Assembly: GCA_012026655.1 (NCBI GenBank)
Contig: JAAILG010000119.1
Coordinates: forward strand, 1 to 64,000
Direction of reading: 5' to 3'
Source: Hydrolagus affinis
Taxonomy: Eukaryota
Length of the DNA stretch: 64,000 bases
Of this stretch, positions 53,232-64,000 are shown one piece after another. The position numbers and the translations under genes were made by a program. The notes under the pieces are model-generated. The model was given only the letters and a program-made list of their open reading frames with translations, was not told where the DNA came from and made no database searches. Position 1 is the stretch's first letter. Each line of letters opens with the position of its first letter.

Positions 53232-56200
53232 TCAACTCTGTCCTCTCTCAGTAATTAATCTGACTTGTTCCTGATTGAGCACCTTCTCACGCAGACATCT
53301 GATCTCTGCTTCCTGGTTCACCAGCTTCTCTCGTAGAATTCGGATTTCTTTCTCCTGCTCTACCACCTTCTGCTGCAGCTCCTCCCTTTGTGGAAAGTTA
53401 TGATCCACCTGCCATGAAGCGAAATAGAGCAGTCAGATTGCTGGGATTGGGATCAAGATGAGAAAAGTAGAAAACTGTCTGTTGTGAAGCCAACTTGAAA
53501 AATATTAATAATTAAGAAAAAATAGGCTGGGACTGACCTGGATAAATGGAATAAATCTGAAAATATCAATAATAAAGAGGACAAGATTGCAGCATATGGT
53601 TTAGTTGCTGGCAGAGTTGACTCCCAATCTAATTCTTGAGATATAGGGTGGTCAAAGACAATTCACCCTCACCCCAACCAAAACAATGATGGTGTTAATA
53701 CAGCAGATCAAGTGGAATGGAGTCCAAGCACAAACATTTTTGTTTATAAATCAGGGAAAGTCATAATAATAATCCTCACATTTGGCACAACTTTCACATC
53801 AATGCATACCAACGTGCTTCACAGGATATATTGTAAAGTGGGGTGAGTGATTTGTGGGCAAGCATGACAAAGAATTTGTAACAGCAGTAAATGAATGGCC
53901 GATTTTTATTTGGGGGTTGTTTTGACAAGAGCCTTCTGTTTTCAACATTGCCATGGAATCTTTAAAGTCTATCTGAACAGGCAAATGGAATACAGTTTAA
54001 TATCTGAAGGATGGCACCTCCAACAATGCAGCACATCTCCAGCACTGCACTGGAGGATCATCTTAGACTGTATGAAGTCCACTGAAACCACAACCATCTG
54101 ATTCAGAGCCGAGAGTTCTACTGACAAATGGAGTATAGTTTATGGAGTATTCGCCAGACTGTACACCACAAACACATCATAAACTGCATATGCCACCTCG
54201 TATGAAGTTACTCTATTGTGAAAATCATTGTACTGTAAACAGAAATCCTGGTTAAAGGAACACATGATGTTTTAACAGCCTGTGAAAATAAACAAATGTG
54301 GTTCCTGTCTTCAAGAAGGGATCTCAATAACCAAAAAACCAATAAAATCAATCAGAGAATTGAAAATGACCTCTGAAAATAAGCAATCTTTCCAGCTCCC
54401 ATTATCTATGTAGTAAGGCAGGAGTAACTTTTTAATACAATACTTTAAAAATTGGCTCAAAATGCTTAAGTCAATGTGGAAGACACATGTCAAACTCTAG
54501 CCAACTTCACATCTAAAAGAGGAAGTGGAAGCCTGTGTTTACACCACGACTCAACAGTATCCGGAAGTGCAAAAGCATCTGCAGCTAGTGCTCCAAGTGT
54601 TCATTTGAACAACACATACGCTGCAGGGTAATAGTATTCCTAAAAGCAACTATCAAGCCAAACCCTGGGATTGCAGCACTTGCCAAAAATACTTTAGTCT
54701 AAACTGAAAAGAGTTTCATCCTTACCTCATCTGTAATGTGAAAGAGATTACTGCCAAGCATTTGTGCTGCACTGGGCCTGTGGGAGGCTGTACTGCTGGT
54801 AAGCTGCTTAATGTATTTTGTCTGTACAGGCCACTCGTGTCTGAACGTGTCGGGGAAATGCCCTTCTCGGAGACCAGCGAGTGTTTTTGTTCTTTCCATT
54901 TCTGTTCCAAATGGCTGAAAGAGTTCCAGCAGGATTATGCCTAGACTGTACATGTCCGACTGAAACACACACAGAATTTCCAAAGTTAATATTTCAGCTG
55001 TACAGAGTGAAAAGGGTTACATTTAGAACATGTGACAAATTGAGATGCTTGCAACTGGAAAGTAAAGTACTTCTGGTAAGTACAATAAAGGAAAGTGGAT
55101 GAAATAATATTTGGAATCGATTTATTCTTTCCCCAATTTTGCTGGTCTCTTGAGAGGTTTGTCTAACATATGTAACTCAGCAAAATAAAGAGGATCCAGA
55201 CAAAAGAGCAGGCAGAAACCTGAAAGAGTGAAAGAGACAGAAAGGTTCTAGAGACAGAAACCGAGGGGGACGGGAGTTGGAAGGGAGAAAGAAGGAATGG
55301 AGGAAAGAAAGAATGTGGAAAACACAAACAAAATACTCCCAAATTCTTTCCTCTCACCTGTCTTTTTCTTTCTTTTGGTCACTCCTGAGCACAATAAACA
55401 AAAATAAAACCGTCTCAAAGCACTTCACAGAATGTTCTGTAAAGTGAATTGACTGTATATTTGTAGGGGAAACACGCCAACCAATTGTGTACAGCAGTGG
55501 CCCACAAACAGTCTTGGATTGAAATGACCAATTTATTATTGTTTTTCTTTCTTGAGGGTTTATTATCAGATACGTGGAGCAAGGAAACTTGCCCAAGGTT
55601 TTGCCCTGACGAGAATTAAATCCAGGTTTCTCGCTTGCAAAGCGAGTGCTCTAACCACTGAGCTACAGCACATTCGAGAGAACCCCGCCTTGGAAATGTC
55701 GCACAGGTAGGCGTCAGCTAAGAACAGGAAAACACTCCCTAAACTCACGCATGAAGAATTGCCACTTGGGTAAGAAAAAGGTGCTGTTGTCTGTGGAATA
55801 GTGCTCCAGAGTGATTTAGAGGCATCAGCAAAGGAAGGCAGAAAGACAATACAGGTAAACTTCCATTTAGGACGGGGTTGCGTTCCTGAAAAACTGTATA
55901 GGTATCCCTTCCCAACTCCGGGGGATACGTTCCTCTAAACCTCCGTGGTTGGTAAAATCGCGGTTGGAAAATGCAGGGCCCTATGGCAAACATGGAGATA
56001 GGGGGAGTATGAATTCACCAGACCTATAGAACTGAACAGAAATTTATATCTTGGAATTTACTGTTTTTTTGCTTTGAGAACATTCTAACCTGAGTTCCAG
56101 ATAGGGAAGTGGCTGGCACAGTGTGGTGTGATAACAGAAGAGTTTGATTCTTACACCCAACAATGTTCATGCAAACTGCTATTACCTACTATTATCCTTG

Positions 56201-59200
56201 TTCAAGTTGTACTGTTTGACCATTGCTGGACCACATTCCACACAAACAACATCAACCACAGAGGAGAGTGTGACATGTTACCCTGAAGTGCACTGTACAT
56301 CAGGAAACAGAGCTTCCAGTGTTGATTAACCTTCTGCCTCCTGAAACTGTATCCTCCTAGAGAAACTAACAGTGCAGAGTGGGATGTTTCTCTCACCCTT
56401 CCCTCCCCATCCCACTCCACAGCCTTCAATTCTAGAGATAAAGTTACCTTAAAGTCATAGTGAGACCCCTTCAGTTGTTCAGGAGAGGCATATAGGGAAG
56501 TTCCCACCCCTGACGTGTGCTCTGCATCTGGAAAGAAGGAGGAGGAAAATTGATAATTTCATCTCATACTTATTTTACAAATATCACTGCGAATGGTTTT
56601 TGCCTCCAATCCACTTGGTTTGGTTATAGCCCCCACCCCACCCTCCCCCACCATTTTAAAAGTAGATTTCCCTTCCACGCTAATTAAGCATTCCCATTTT
56701 TCCTCGACTGTCTTGAAGCAGTTTGGCTCCTTTCATTCTCAGTTGGGACAGTATTCCACACAGACTCTTCCCTCTATGGTACCTCACTTAAATCGACTTT
56801 ATTCCTGGCTATAATAATAAATAATAATCCTTGCATTTGATATCGCGCTTTTCACATCTTATCGAAGTCTCAAAGCACCACAGAATATACTGGAAAGTGA
56901 ATTGACTGTATATTGTGGGCTAAGCCCAGACAGTGTGAGTCAGAAGAGTTTGACCACGGGGAGAAATGCAAAGTATGCAGAATGCACCTCCAGCTGGATT
57001 AACTGGTTAGCAATTGGAAGCAAAGGTAGATTTTCTACCTCCCTAATTAGGGATATTGAGACCAATTCAGCAGCTTCGATGTACAATACAAAAATGCAAT
57101 TTGTTGTTGTGAACATGCCGTGAGGAAGTTGCAACACTATCTCAAGAACATTAGTTATCTATGTATTAAGTGCTGCACACAAAGTAAGAGTTATGATTGC
57201 ACTGGGTACATGACCCAAACACCCACCAGATGGTGCCCAAGGATCCAAACTCTTGATGCTGTCCTTGCAGGCCAGGCCAAAGTCCCCAATACGAACATGA
57301 CAGTTAGAGCCATGGAGGAAAATGTTTCTTGGCTTTAAAACAATGAATTGGAATGGTTAATAATAACAATAAAAATCATCCTTGCATTTGATATAGCGCT
57401 TTTCACATCTTCTAGATGTCTCAATGCGCTTCACAGAATATACTGAAAAGTGAATCGACTGTGCGGGCGAAACGTGGCAGCCAATTGCACACAGCAGTGT
57501 CCCACAAACAGTCATGGCCAATTCATTATTGTTTTTTTTCTTGAAGGATTATTATTAGACATGTGAAGTAAGGAAACTTGCCCAAGGTTTTGCCCTGACC
57601 TGCCATCAAACCCAAGTCTCTTGCTTGCGAGGCGAATGCTCTAACCACTGAGCTACACGACTCAATTTGTTGTATAAATACAGGTTGTTAGTGTATTGGA
57701 CCATAGCAAAACTCATCTGCCCTCCCCCACCTCTCTCTCTTCTCTCTCCCGCCCCATCCACCAACAACCATCAGACCTGATTAACTGTGACTGTTAGATG
57801 GCTTACACTTAGATAGAGCATTGCATTTTGTCTCATAATATCTTTCACAACACATCTGGGCTCCAGTCCTATGTGACCATCGCCACTCATTCACTGAGAT
57901 GAACAATATATTCCTCTGTTCTATTTTCTGTTCTCCCAACATAGATTTGCTGGATAGTGAACTTACAATGTAATAGCGCAGCAACAGCCCATTCAATGTT
58001 TTGCTCCATATCAACCACCTGGTTTATATTGTATAAGCTTCAGCTTGTGACACAACTTTACAAAACATCTTATTAATTGCATTTCACTGATTTAAAACGA
58101 TCTCTGGCAGCTAAATAATGGGTATAGTAGTATAGAGTTGTACCAAACCCGAAATGTGCTATAGATCAGGTTATAGCTTATGTGCTGAGGTTGCTGATCT
58201 TAACCATGCCAGTGAGTAGGGCAACAATTGGCATCATTCCGGTGAGGGGGGAGCAGGGAAATCAATCAGGCATTCAGATCAATGATCCAGAGATCCCTAT
58301 TGAAAAGTGCCTATCTGTAGATATGAATAAGGACAGCATAGGGCTTGACAAAGCATAGTAAAATACAAAAAGAAATTCAATGACACCAGGCCTCCGCTTT
58401 CACAACAGAATTTCCAAGCAGAACTCAAGGCTGTGACGTCACAATCCGCTGCCATCACAACCTGAAGCTCATCAAATCCCATGGACCAGCTTCTGCACCA
58501 CAATACAGGGCATTCTCCCACCACATGTCAGCCAAGTAAGTGCCATCATCGCAAGTCTGCCCAACAGAATCAACGCTGCTTTTTCCAAAATCAATTGCCT
58601 CACTGGAATAGAGAATGCTCTGGGACTGAAGTTGTTCCATGTAGCATCTCTGCCAAAGAGCCTTTCAACAGAGATGTGCGAATGTCAGGCTGAATTTAAC
58701 AACCTTCATGCCAAACTTCACGACGCCATTATGAAAGGAGATCGTGAAAATATCACTGCCTTGCTGAAGATCCATCCCGTCAACAGTCCCATCACTATAT
58801 GGAAAAACTGTGCCTCGTTCCCCACACTTCAGACACAGGTACGTCCAACACTTAACTTAGACCTTCCCTTTCTCTCAGTCCTTTCTCTCAGTCTCTGAGG
58901 TTCTTTTTTTTAATAAAATATGTAGATTAAATTTATCCTCCTTCTCTGGAGGGTCACCTTTTCATTATGAGACACACAATAGATATGTCTTCCCCCAAAC
59001 TCATATTACATGAAGGTTTTGCCCACCAACTGATTGAGTTATTTTCAACATGAGTGTAAGCTAAGTGCATATCAAATGGGAACCATTCATCAAAATCAAA
59101 CAAGGAAATTATTTGATTGAGGAACAGACAACAAGAACAAACCTCATTTCATCAAATTTCCCCCCATTCCTGTAACCTTATGTCCCTGCTATCAGATGAA

Positions 59201-62200
59201 CAATGAAAAGTTGAAAAAAAAAGAATTATTCCCACATGTTGAGTGTAATCCAAAGAAAATAAAGCCAATTTTATTGTGGGACTTTGTTTTACCCACCACA
59301 AATCAACATTATCTCCACAATTGAAAATACTTTCTTAAAAAATGGTTAACTACATTCCTCTCATCCGAAGGGATTAGCTGTTTTACCGATCCATCTGGCT
59401 GCAACGTACAGAAAGGAAAAGAGTTTGCAGTGTCTACTTCAACTGAAGGCTGACATGGAGGCAAGGCAAGTCCAAGTTAGACTGTATCAATCTCCTCACA
59501 ATTTAAACTCCCAGTGGTTCTAAAATATGCTTTAAAATAGCTTTTTAATAGCCTAAAAAGGTATTATGATACCAGAAATATATCAATTTTATAAACGGGA
59601 ATAATTTAGTGGGGTATTAATTTTAGCATTCTATAAAAGGCATTAAGCCTTGTACCACCCTACCCCATTCATACCATCAATATTGCTTTTGCCCAGAATG
59701 TATTTCTTATGCACTTCTAGAGGGGAGTTAATGGTCTAACATAGTGTAAAACTCAATGAGGCATCTTGCAGACATGAAAGGCACTATAGAAATGGACAGA
59801 GGCTCCTCTTCAGACCTTAAATCTCCACTCAACTATCTCACAAATAAAAATCACGTTTATGAATTCGGGAACCAATACATTTTTTATATTCCCCACAGAG
59901 ACAATCGGGGTCGAACGGCACTTCATTTGATCATAATGCATTGGCCTAATATTGTGACAAACTGGTTTGAACCAAAGACCAAATTTCAGAGAGCAATGGC
60001 TGCAATGCAAAACAGAACAGAATCCTGCCTCCATCTGCTATGCCAGCATGGGGTACAGGTAAATGCCAGCATGGAGAACGATAGCCAGCACACCCCGATG
60101 CACCTTGCCGTCCGCCATGGAGCCTTCCCTGCCATCTCCATTCTGGCCCAGCACGGGGCCAACATAAATGCCATTGACAAATATGGCATGACACCGTTAC
60201 ACATGTCGACCGGAATTCTGCACAAGGAAATGACGGAAAAACTGATCAGCTATGGAGCAGACATCAATAGCAAGATCCCTCACTCGGGGAATACGCCACT
60301 GAAGCTTGCTGTGTGCACAGCGTCCAGCAAGGGAGGCAAGCTGCTGGGCACCGACTTGGGCTGTGTTCGCGTGTTGTTGAGTTGTGGAGCCGAGATCAAT
60401 GCGCAGGACCAGGAAGGGAGAGCTGCCATTCACGACGCCTGCTTCGGGGGCAGGGAGGAGATCGTTGATCTGCTGTTGGAACACGACGCCGACTTTAACC
60501 TCCAAACAAAACTAGGGGAATCACCGCTGTTCCTCTTCCTGGATCGCCGCCCTAACCTAAAATGCACACGCCTTCTCGGCAAACTTCTCAGCCTCTCGTA
60601 CCCGTTGAGAATATCATCCAGAGGCGGGCTTCTCCCCAGTGGGCTGCTGTACCCCGAGCACCAGCAGCACAAGGAGCTCCTGTTAACTTTGATCCAGGAG
60701 CCGCTGGTGCTCAAAGACATCTGTAGGATCAAAGTGAGGAAGATGTATGGTCACAGACACAGCGAGCTTCTGAAAGAGATCCTTCCAAAGGTTTTGTGGG
60801 AATTTGTGTACAGTTACCAGGACTACTCGGATAGATTTCGGGAGATGAGTAAAAAACAACTGAGTAATCCTCACCCACACACTCGAGAACTTGACCAGAG
60901 GCTCGGCAACATGCATTTATCGTAAAAGGAGCCCGGTCAACAGGGGGAAATCAAATGCAAATGACGGCGTGTATATCTAGTCAGGGGGTTAGTTTACCAA
61001 ATCAAATTTCAGAAATATTTACAATTTGGTAGAAATGTTTTATCCTGTAAACTCAAGCCATTTACAAATAAGTTGACCACAGGTCCGTGCAGTTTTACCT
61101 CATGCGACCACAGGAAGTGCTGAGGGCAAACACTCCTCTCTCCTTCAGGTTACACACAGATAATTATCCTAGGAATATTGTTTAAATGGTCCCATTGAAC
61201 AAAATGTATGTGCAATTCGAATTCTTAACATATGGATTCGCTCTGATTGACAGCTGCCTACATTTCTGAATTTTAAAGAATTTTTTTTTTTTTTTGCATT
61301 TGTTGTTTTCTCATTTTCTTTTCTTGCATTTATCTAGATTTTAACAGCCTCCAAAATACTTGTAGGCAAGATCCTGCTGCAAAATAATACGCCAAACATA
61401 AATAAAAAATAAAAGCATTTTACTATCTGCATGGAGTTCTCATTGTTGTGTATGGCAGAGGTGGGTGGGTTCATGATTATAATACTGTATTACTATACTG
61501 TATAAATTATACTGTATAAATTACCTAATGTCTGTGCATCAGGAAATCAATTGGGGTTCTCTTTGAGAGCACGCATTAGACCCAACCGCTTTACAATCGA
61601 ATCACACTCAATTTGTCGAGTCCTGTAGCTCAGTGGTTAGAGCACGCGTCTTCAAGCAGGAGACCTGGGTTCAATTCCAGGCAGGGCCAAACCTTGTGCA
61701 AGTTTCCTTGCTCTACATGCCTGATAATAATCCCTCGAAAAAAAAACAATAATAAATTGGTCATTTACAATCCACAACTGTTTGTGAGATACTGCTGCGC
61801 ACAATTGACTGCCGTGGTTCACCCATAAGTATAATCAATTCACTTTACAGTATATTCTGTGAAGTGCTTTGAGATGTGTAGAATACGTGAAAAGTGCTTA
61901 ACAAATGCAAGGATTATTTTTTAAAATATAAAATATATTATTGTAATATTTACCATCCACAGTTGAATTATTTAATAAACACATTTGCATGAAATCTCTA
62001 GGTAGAAAAAAAAGCTCACCTTCAAGTCTCTGTGCATGACACCCTTGGAGTGGATATAATTCACCCCTTCCAGCAGCTGGTGGAATATGTTCATGGTAAA
62101 ATCTGGATTCACCAGATGAAAGAGACCTAACATGGTTAATGTGTAACATTTTAGCAACAAAGAATAGTGTTAATTAGAACTTTGTTTTCGTCTTTACCTT

Positions 62201-64000
62201 GAATTTTCACTGTGCACCCAAATACCTATATAGAATAGAAACAGCAGTAGGCCACTCAGCCCATCGAGCCTGTTCCACCATTCTACACGATCATGGATCA
62301 AGATCGTACAGCCCTGGAGCTCAGTGGTTAGAGCACTTGCCTGACAAGCAAGAGACCTGGGATCAAATCCCAGTAGGGTGAAATGTTGGGCAAGTTTCCT
62401 TACTTCACACAACTCTGTCTAATAGTACAGTTTATCCGGCACCCGCGGGACCTGGTCAATGCCGGTTAAAGTGCCTGCTGGATATTCGGACGGCCCATGG
62501 CCGAAAACCCACTACAAAAAAATTAAATTCTTTTAACACACACCATGCACACCAGACTAAGTAATAACAGATAATAACAGAATATTATATAGGTATTTGT
62601 TGTTAAAACTACTCTCTTGCTCTTCTCACCTTTACTGATTGAGGTTTACAGTCCAGCGATTCTTTTTTAAATGGAGCCAAGCGGGTGAAAAAAACGGCAA
62701 CGCGACTTTAATACCTGCAAGCCGAAGCTAGACTCTACTGGCGGCAACTGAAATACTGCACCTGCGCGACAATGTGGGTTATCGGCTAGCGTTATCGGCT
62801 TGCTGCTAGTATGACTTTATGAGTTTAAAGTCATATGCGCTCCGTTTTTTTTACCCGCTCCATTTTAAAAAGAATCGCTGGACTATAAACCTCAACCGCA
62901 GCATCATGGCTTCAAGTGCAGCATCTACCAGCAAAGGTAAAATGCGCAAGAGAGTAGTTTTAACAATAAGTACCAATACAATAATCTGTTATTATTTATG
63001 CATTTACAAATGCTCCACTGCTATTGTTCTGGATAAGTTCCAGTTTATCGAATGGGGACTTTTTTTGTGCGTGCCAGTTATATAGAAGTGCCAGTGCATC
63101 GAGTCACGGATAAACAGGCTTCTACTGTAATTAGGAATCCATTTAAGAGTTGATAGGTAGATTAGTGGATTACTTTTCCGGGGGGTAATAATTCCTTCAA
63201 AATAAAATAATAATAAATTGGTCACTTCAATCCATGACTGTTTGTGGGACACTGCTGTGCACAATAGGCGGCTGAGTTTCGCCCACAAAATATATAGTCA
63301 ATTCACTTTGCAATATATTCTGTGAAGCTCTTTGAGACATCTCGAAGATGTGAGAAGGCAAATGCAAGGATTATTATTATGGCTGATCTGTACCTCAAAT
63401 CCAATTACCCACCATTGTCCTGTATCCCTTACTACCCTGATCTAACAAATCTATATCCATATTATGACTTTCTGTTTGTAGAGAACTGCAGCAGCAATTT
63501 TGCATGCAACATAGTGATGTACAAATGCACAAGTGAATGACCAAATTAGGATTATTATTTGTTGTTTTTGGTCAGTAGACTCGGAGAAACTCCCTTCTCT
63601 TGTCGAATTATGTCATGATATCTTTAATGTCCATCTGGAGAATAAAGATCTCAAATGAATGGCAGAACCTACAGCATTGCAGCTTTTGGGAGTGTCAGCC
63701 TAAATTGTGAACCTAACGCCCAAAGTGGAACTTGAACCTATGACCCTCTGTCCCACATGGTGATCGTTCCGGTAACTGAACAAGGCACTGAATACATAGT
63801 TTAAGTAGTTTCAGCGCCTTGGGACGTCCTCCCAACGTGAAAGGCACTCTATAAATGTAATTGTGTTGTTGTTGTTTAAGTAACAATTTTGTAATGTTGC
63901 ACAAAAATAACTAAACAAAGAAAATTAAACTCACGGGTGAATGACATTCTCTCCCTCTGCCTGGTGTTCCTTTCCATAATCCAGTCCTGCAGCGATTCTT
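53232..64000 (-). CDS. EIF2AK1: Heme-regulated eIF2-alpha kinase HRI, 3' part (5' exons lie beyond the window)
   Basis: Exons 64000-63935 (partial; [11 protein letters not shown]), 62126-62020 ([16 protein letters not shown]), 57332-57227 (PRNIFL...IGDFGLAC), 56527-56448 ([16 protein letters not shown]), 54959-54726 ([23 protein letters not shown]), 53408-53232 (coiled-coil tail, TGA). Phase-consistent. Position tail-to-tail with AIMP2 matches EIF2AK1. Confidence 0.94.
53765..54120 (-). mobile_element. Older Deu-domain-like SINE
   Basis: GGAATCTTTAAAGTCTATCTGAACAGGC...GGCACCTCCAACAATGCAGCAC...GCACTGCACTGGAG resembles the DeuSINE core (recalled, not searched). Related decayed copies at about 1920-2200, 21345-21610, 31240-31400, 48810-49045, 63480-63770. 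Confidence 0.6.
55405..55670 (-). mobile_element. tRNA-derived SINE
   Basis: GCTCTAACCACTGAGCTACAG head (reverse complement) and conserved body. Confidence 0.82.
57360..57665 (-). mobile_element. tRNA-derived SINE
   Basis: Head, body and tail of the family, immediately upstream of an EIF2AK1 acceptor. Confidence 0.85.
58434..58441. promoter_or_regulatory. Perfect CRE palindrome upstream of ANKRD61
   Basis: TGACGTCA lies 40 bp upstream of the first candidate ATG (58481), in a CpG-poor region. Confidence 0.5.
58481..60925 (+). CDS. ANKRD61: Ankyrin repeat domain-containing protein 61, nested antisense in EIF2AK1 intron 57333-62019
   Basis: Exons 58672/58674-58838 ([11 protein letters not shown]...HPVNSPITI), 59371-59465 (LPIHLAA; GC donor), 59899-60925 (ankyrin repeats, [28 protein letters not shown]). 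Start is either ATG 58674 (428 aa) or ATG 58481 via a short exon 58481-58535 spliced to 58672 (447 aa). The nesting matches human. Confidence 0.9.
61401..61413 (+). terminator. Candidate ANKRD61 polyadenylation signals
   Basis: Two tandem AATAAA hexamers about 480 nt after the stop, followed by TTGTTGTGT. Confidence 0.55.
61615..61920 (+). mobile_element. tRNA-derived SINE
   Basis: GTAGCTCAGTGGTTAGAGCACGCG...GGGTTCAATTCC...GGATTATT. More partial copies at about 4390-4625, 6750-6950, 8320-8610, 11620-11750, 17830-17990, 30650-30860, 33060-33415, 41580-41770, 50125-50330. Confidence 0.85.
62428..63127 (+). mobile_element. Internally deleted pogo/Tigger-like DNA transposon, same family as the 10612 MITE
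   Basis: Shares both terminal regions with 10612-10826 and is TA-flanked. Retains a transposase-like start [23 protein letters not shown] (62906-62974) and an internal inverted repeat 62639-62711/62825-62895. Confidence 0.8.

Noticed and set aside
59756-59898. N-terminal part of the 389-aa ORF as the ANKRD61 start
   Set aside because: Intronic: an acceptor at 59898 joins in frame to upstream homologous exons.
61618-61690. tRNA-like sequences (also near 34645, 35690, 43690, 57650)
   Set aside because: These are SINE heads: divergent among copies, no full acceptor stem, and continuous with SINE body and tail.

Overview
Eukaryotic (vertebrate) genomic DNA, most likely a cartilaginous fish. The taxon is inferred from the repeat complement: tRNA-headed SINEs with L2 tails, Deu-domain-like SINEs, L2/CR1 LINE remnants and Penelope-like palindromes. 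The window holds the gene block known from human 7p22.1 in the same order and orientation: CCZ1 (+, 15 coding exons), RSPH10B (-, 20), PMS2 (-, 15), AIMP2 (+, 4, head-to-head with PMS2), the 3' part of EIF2AK1/HRI (-), and ANKRD61 (+) nested antisense inside an EIF2AK1 intron. I assembled all exon chains by hand; they are phase-consistent and free of internal stops. Most noteworthy: (1) three GC-AG introns, including the donor of the 207-nt AIMP2 exon 2; (2) a SOCS-box-like C-terminus on ANKRD61; (3) an HRI lacking both Cys-Pro heme motifs and carrying a duplicated coiled-coil unit; (4) a minimal hammerhead-ribozyme-like core between PMS2 and RSPH10B; (5) a candidate CCZ1 microexon; (6) a perfect 21-bp inverted repeat around PMS2 exon 7; (7) nested transposons. 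There is one 100-N assembly gap. No CRISPR, rRNA or true tRNA genes were seen. Comparisons to human proteins are from memory, not from searches.
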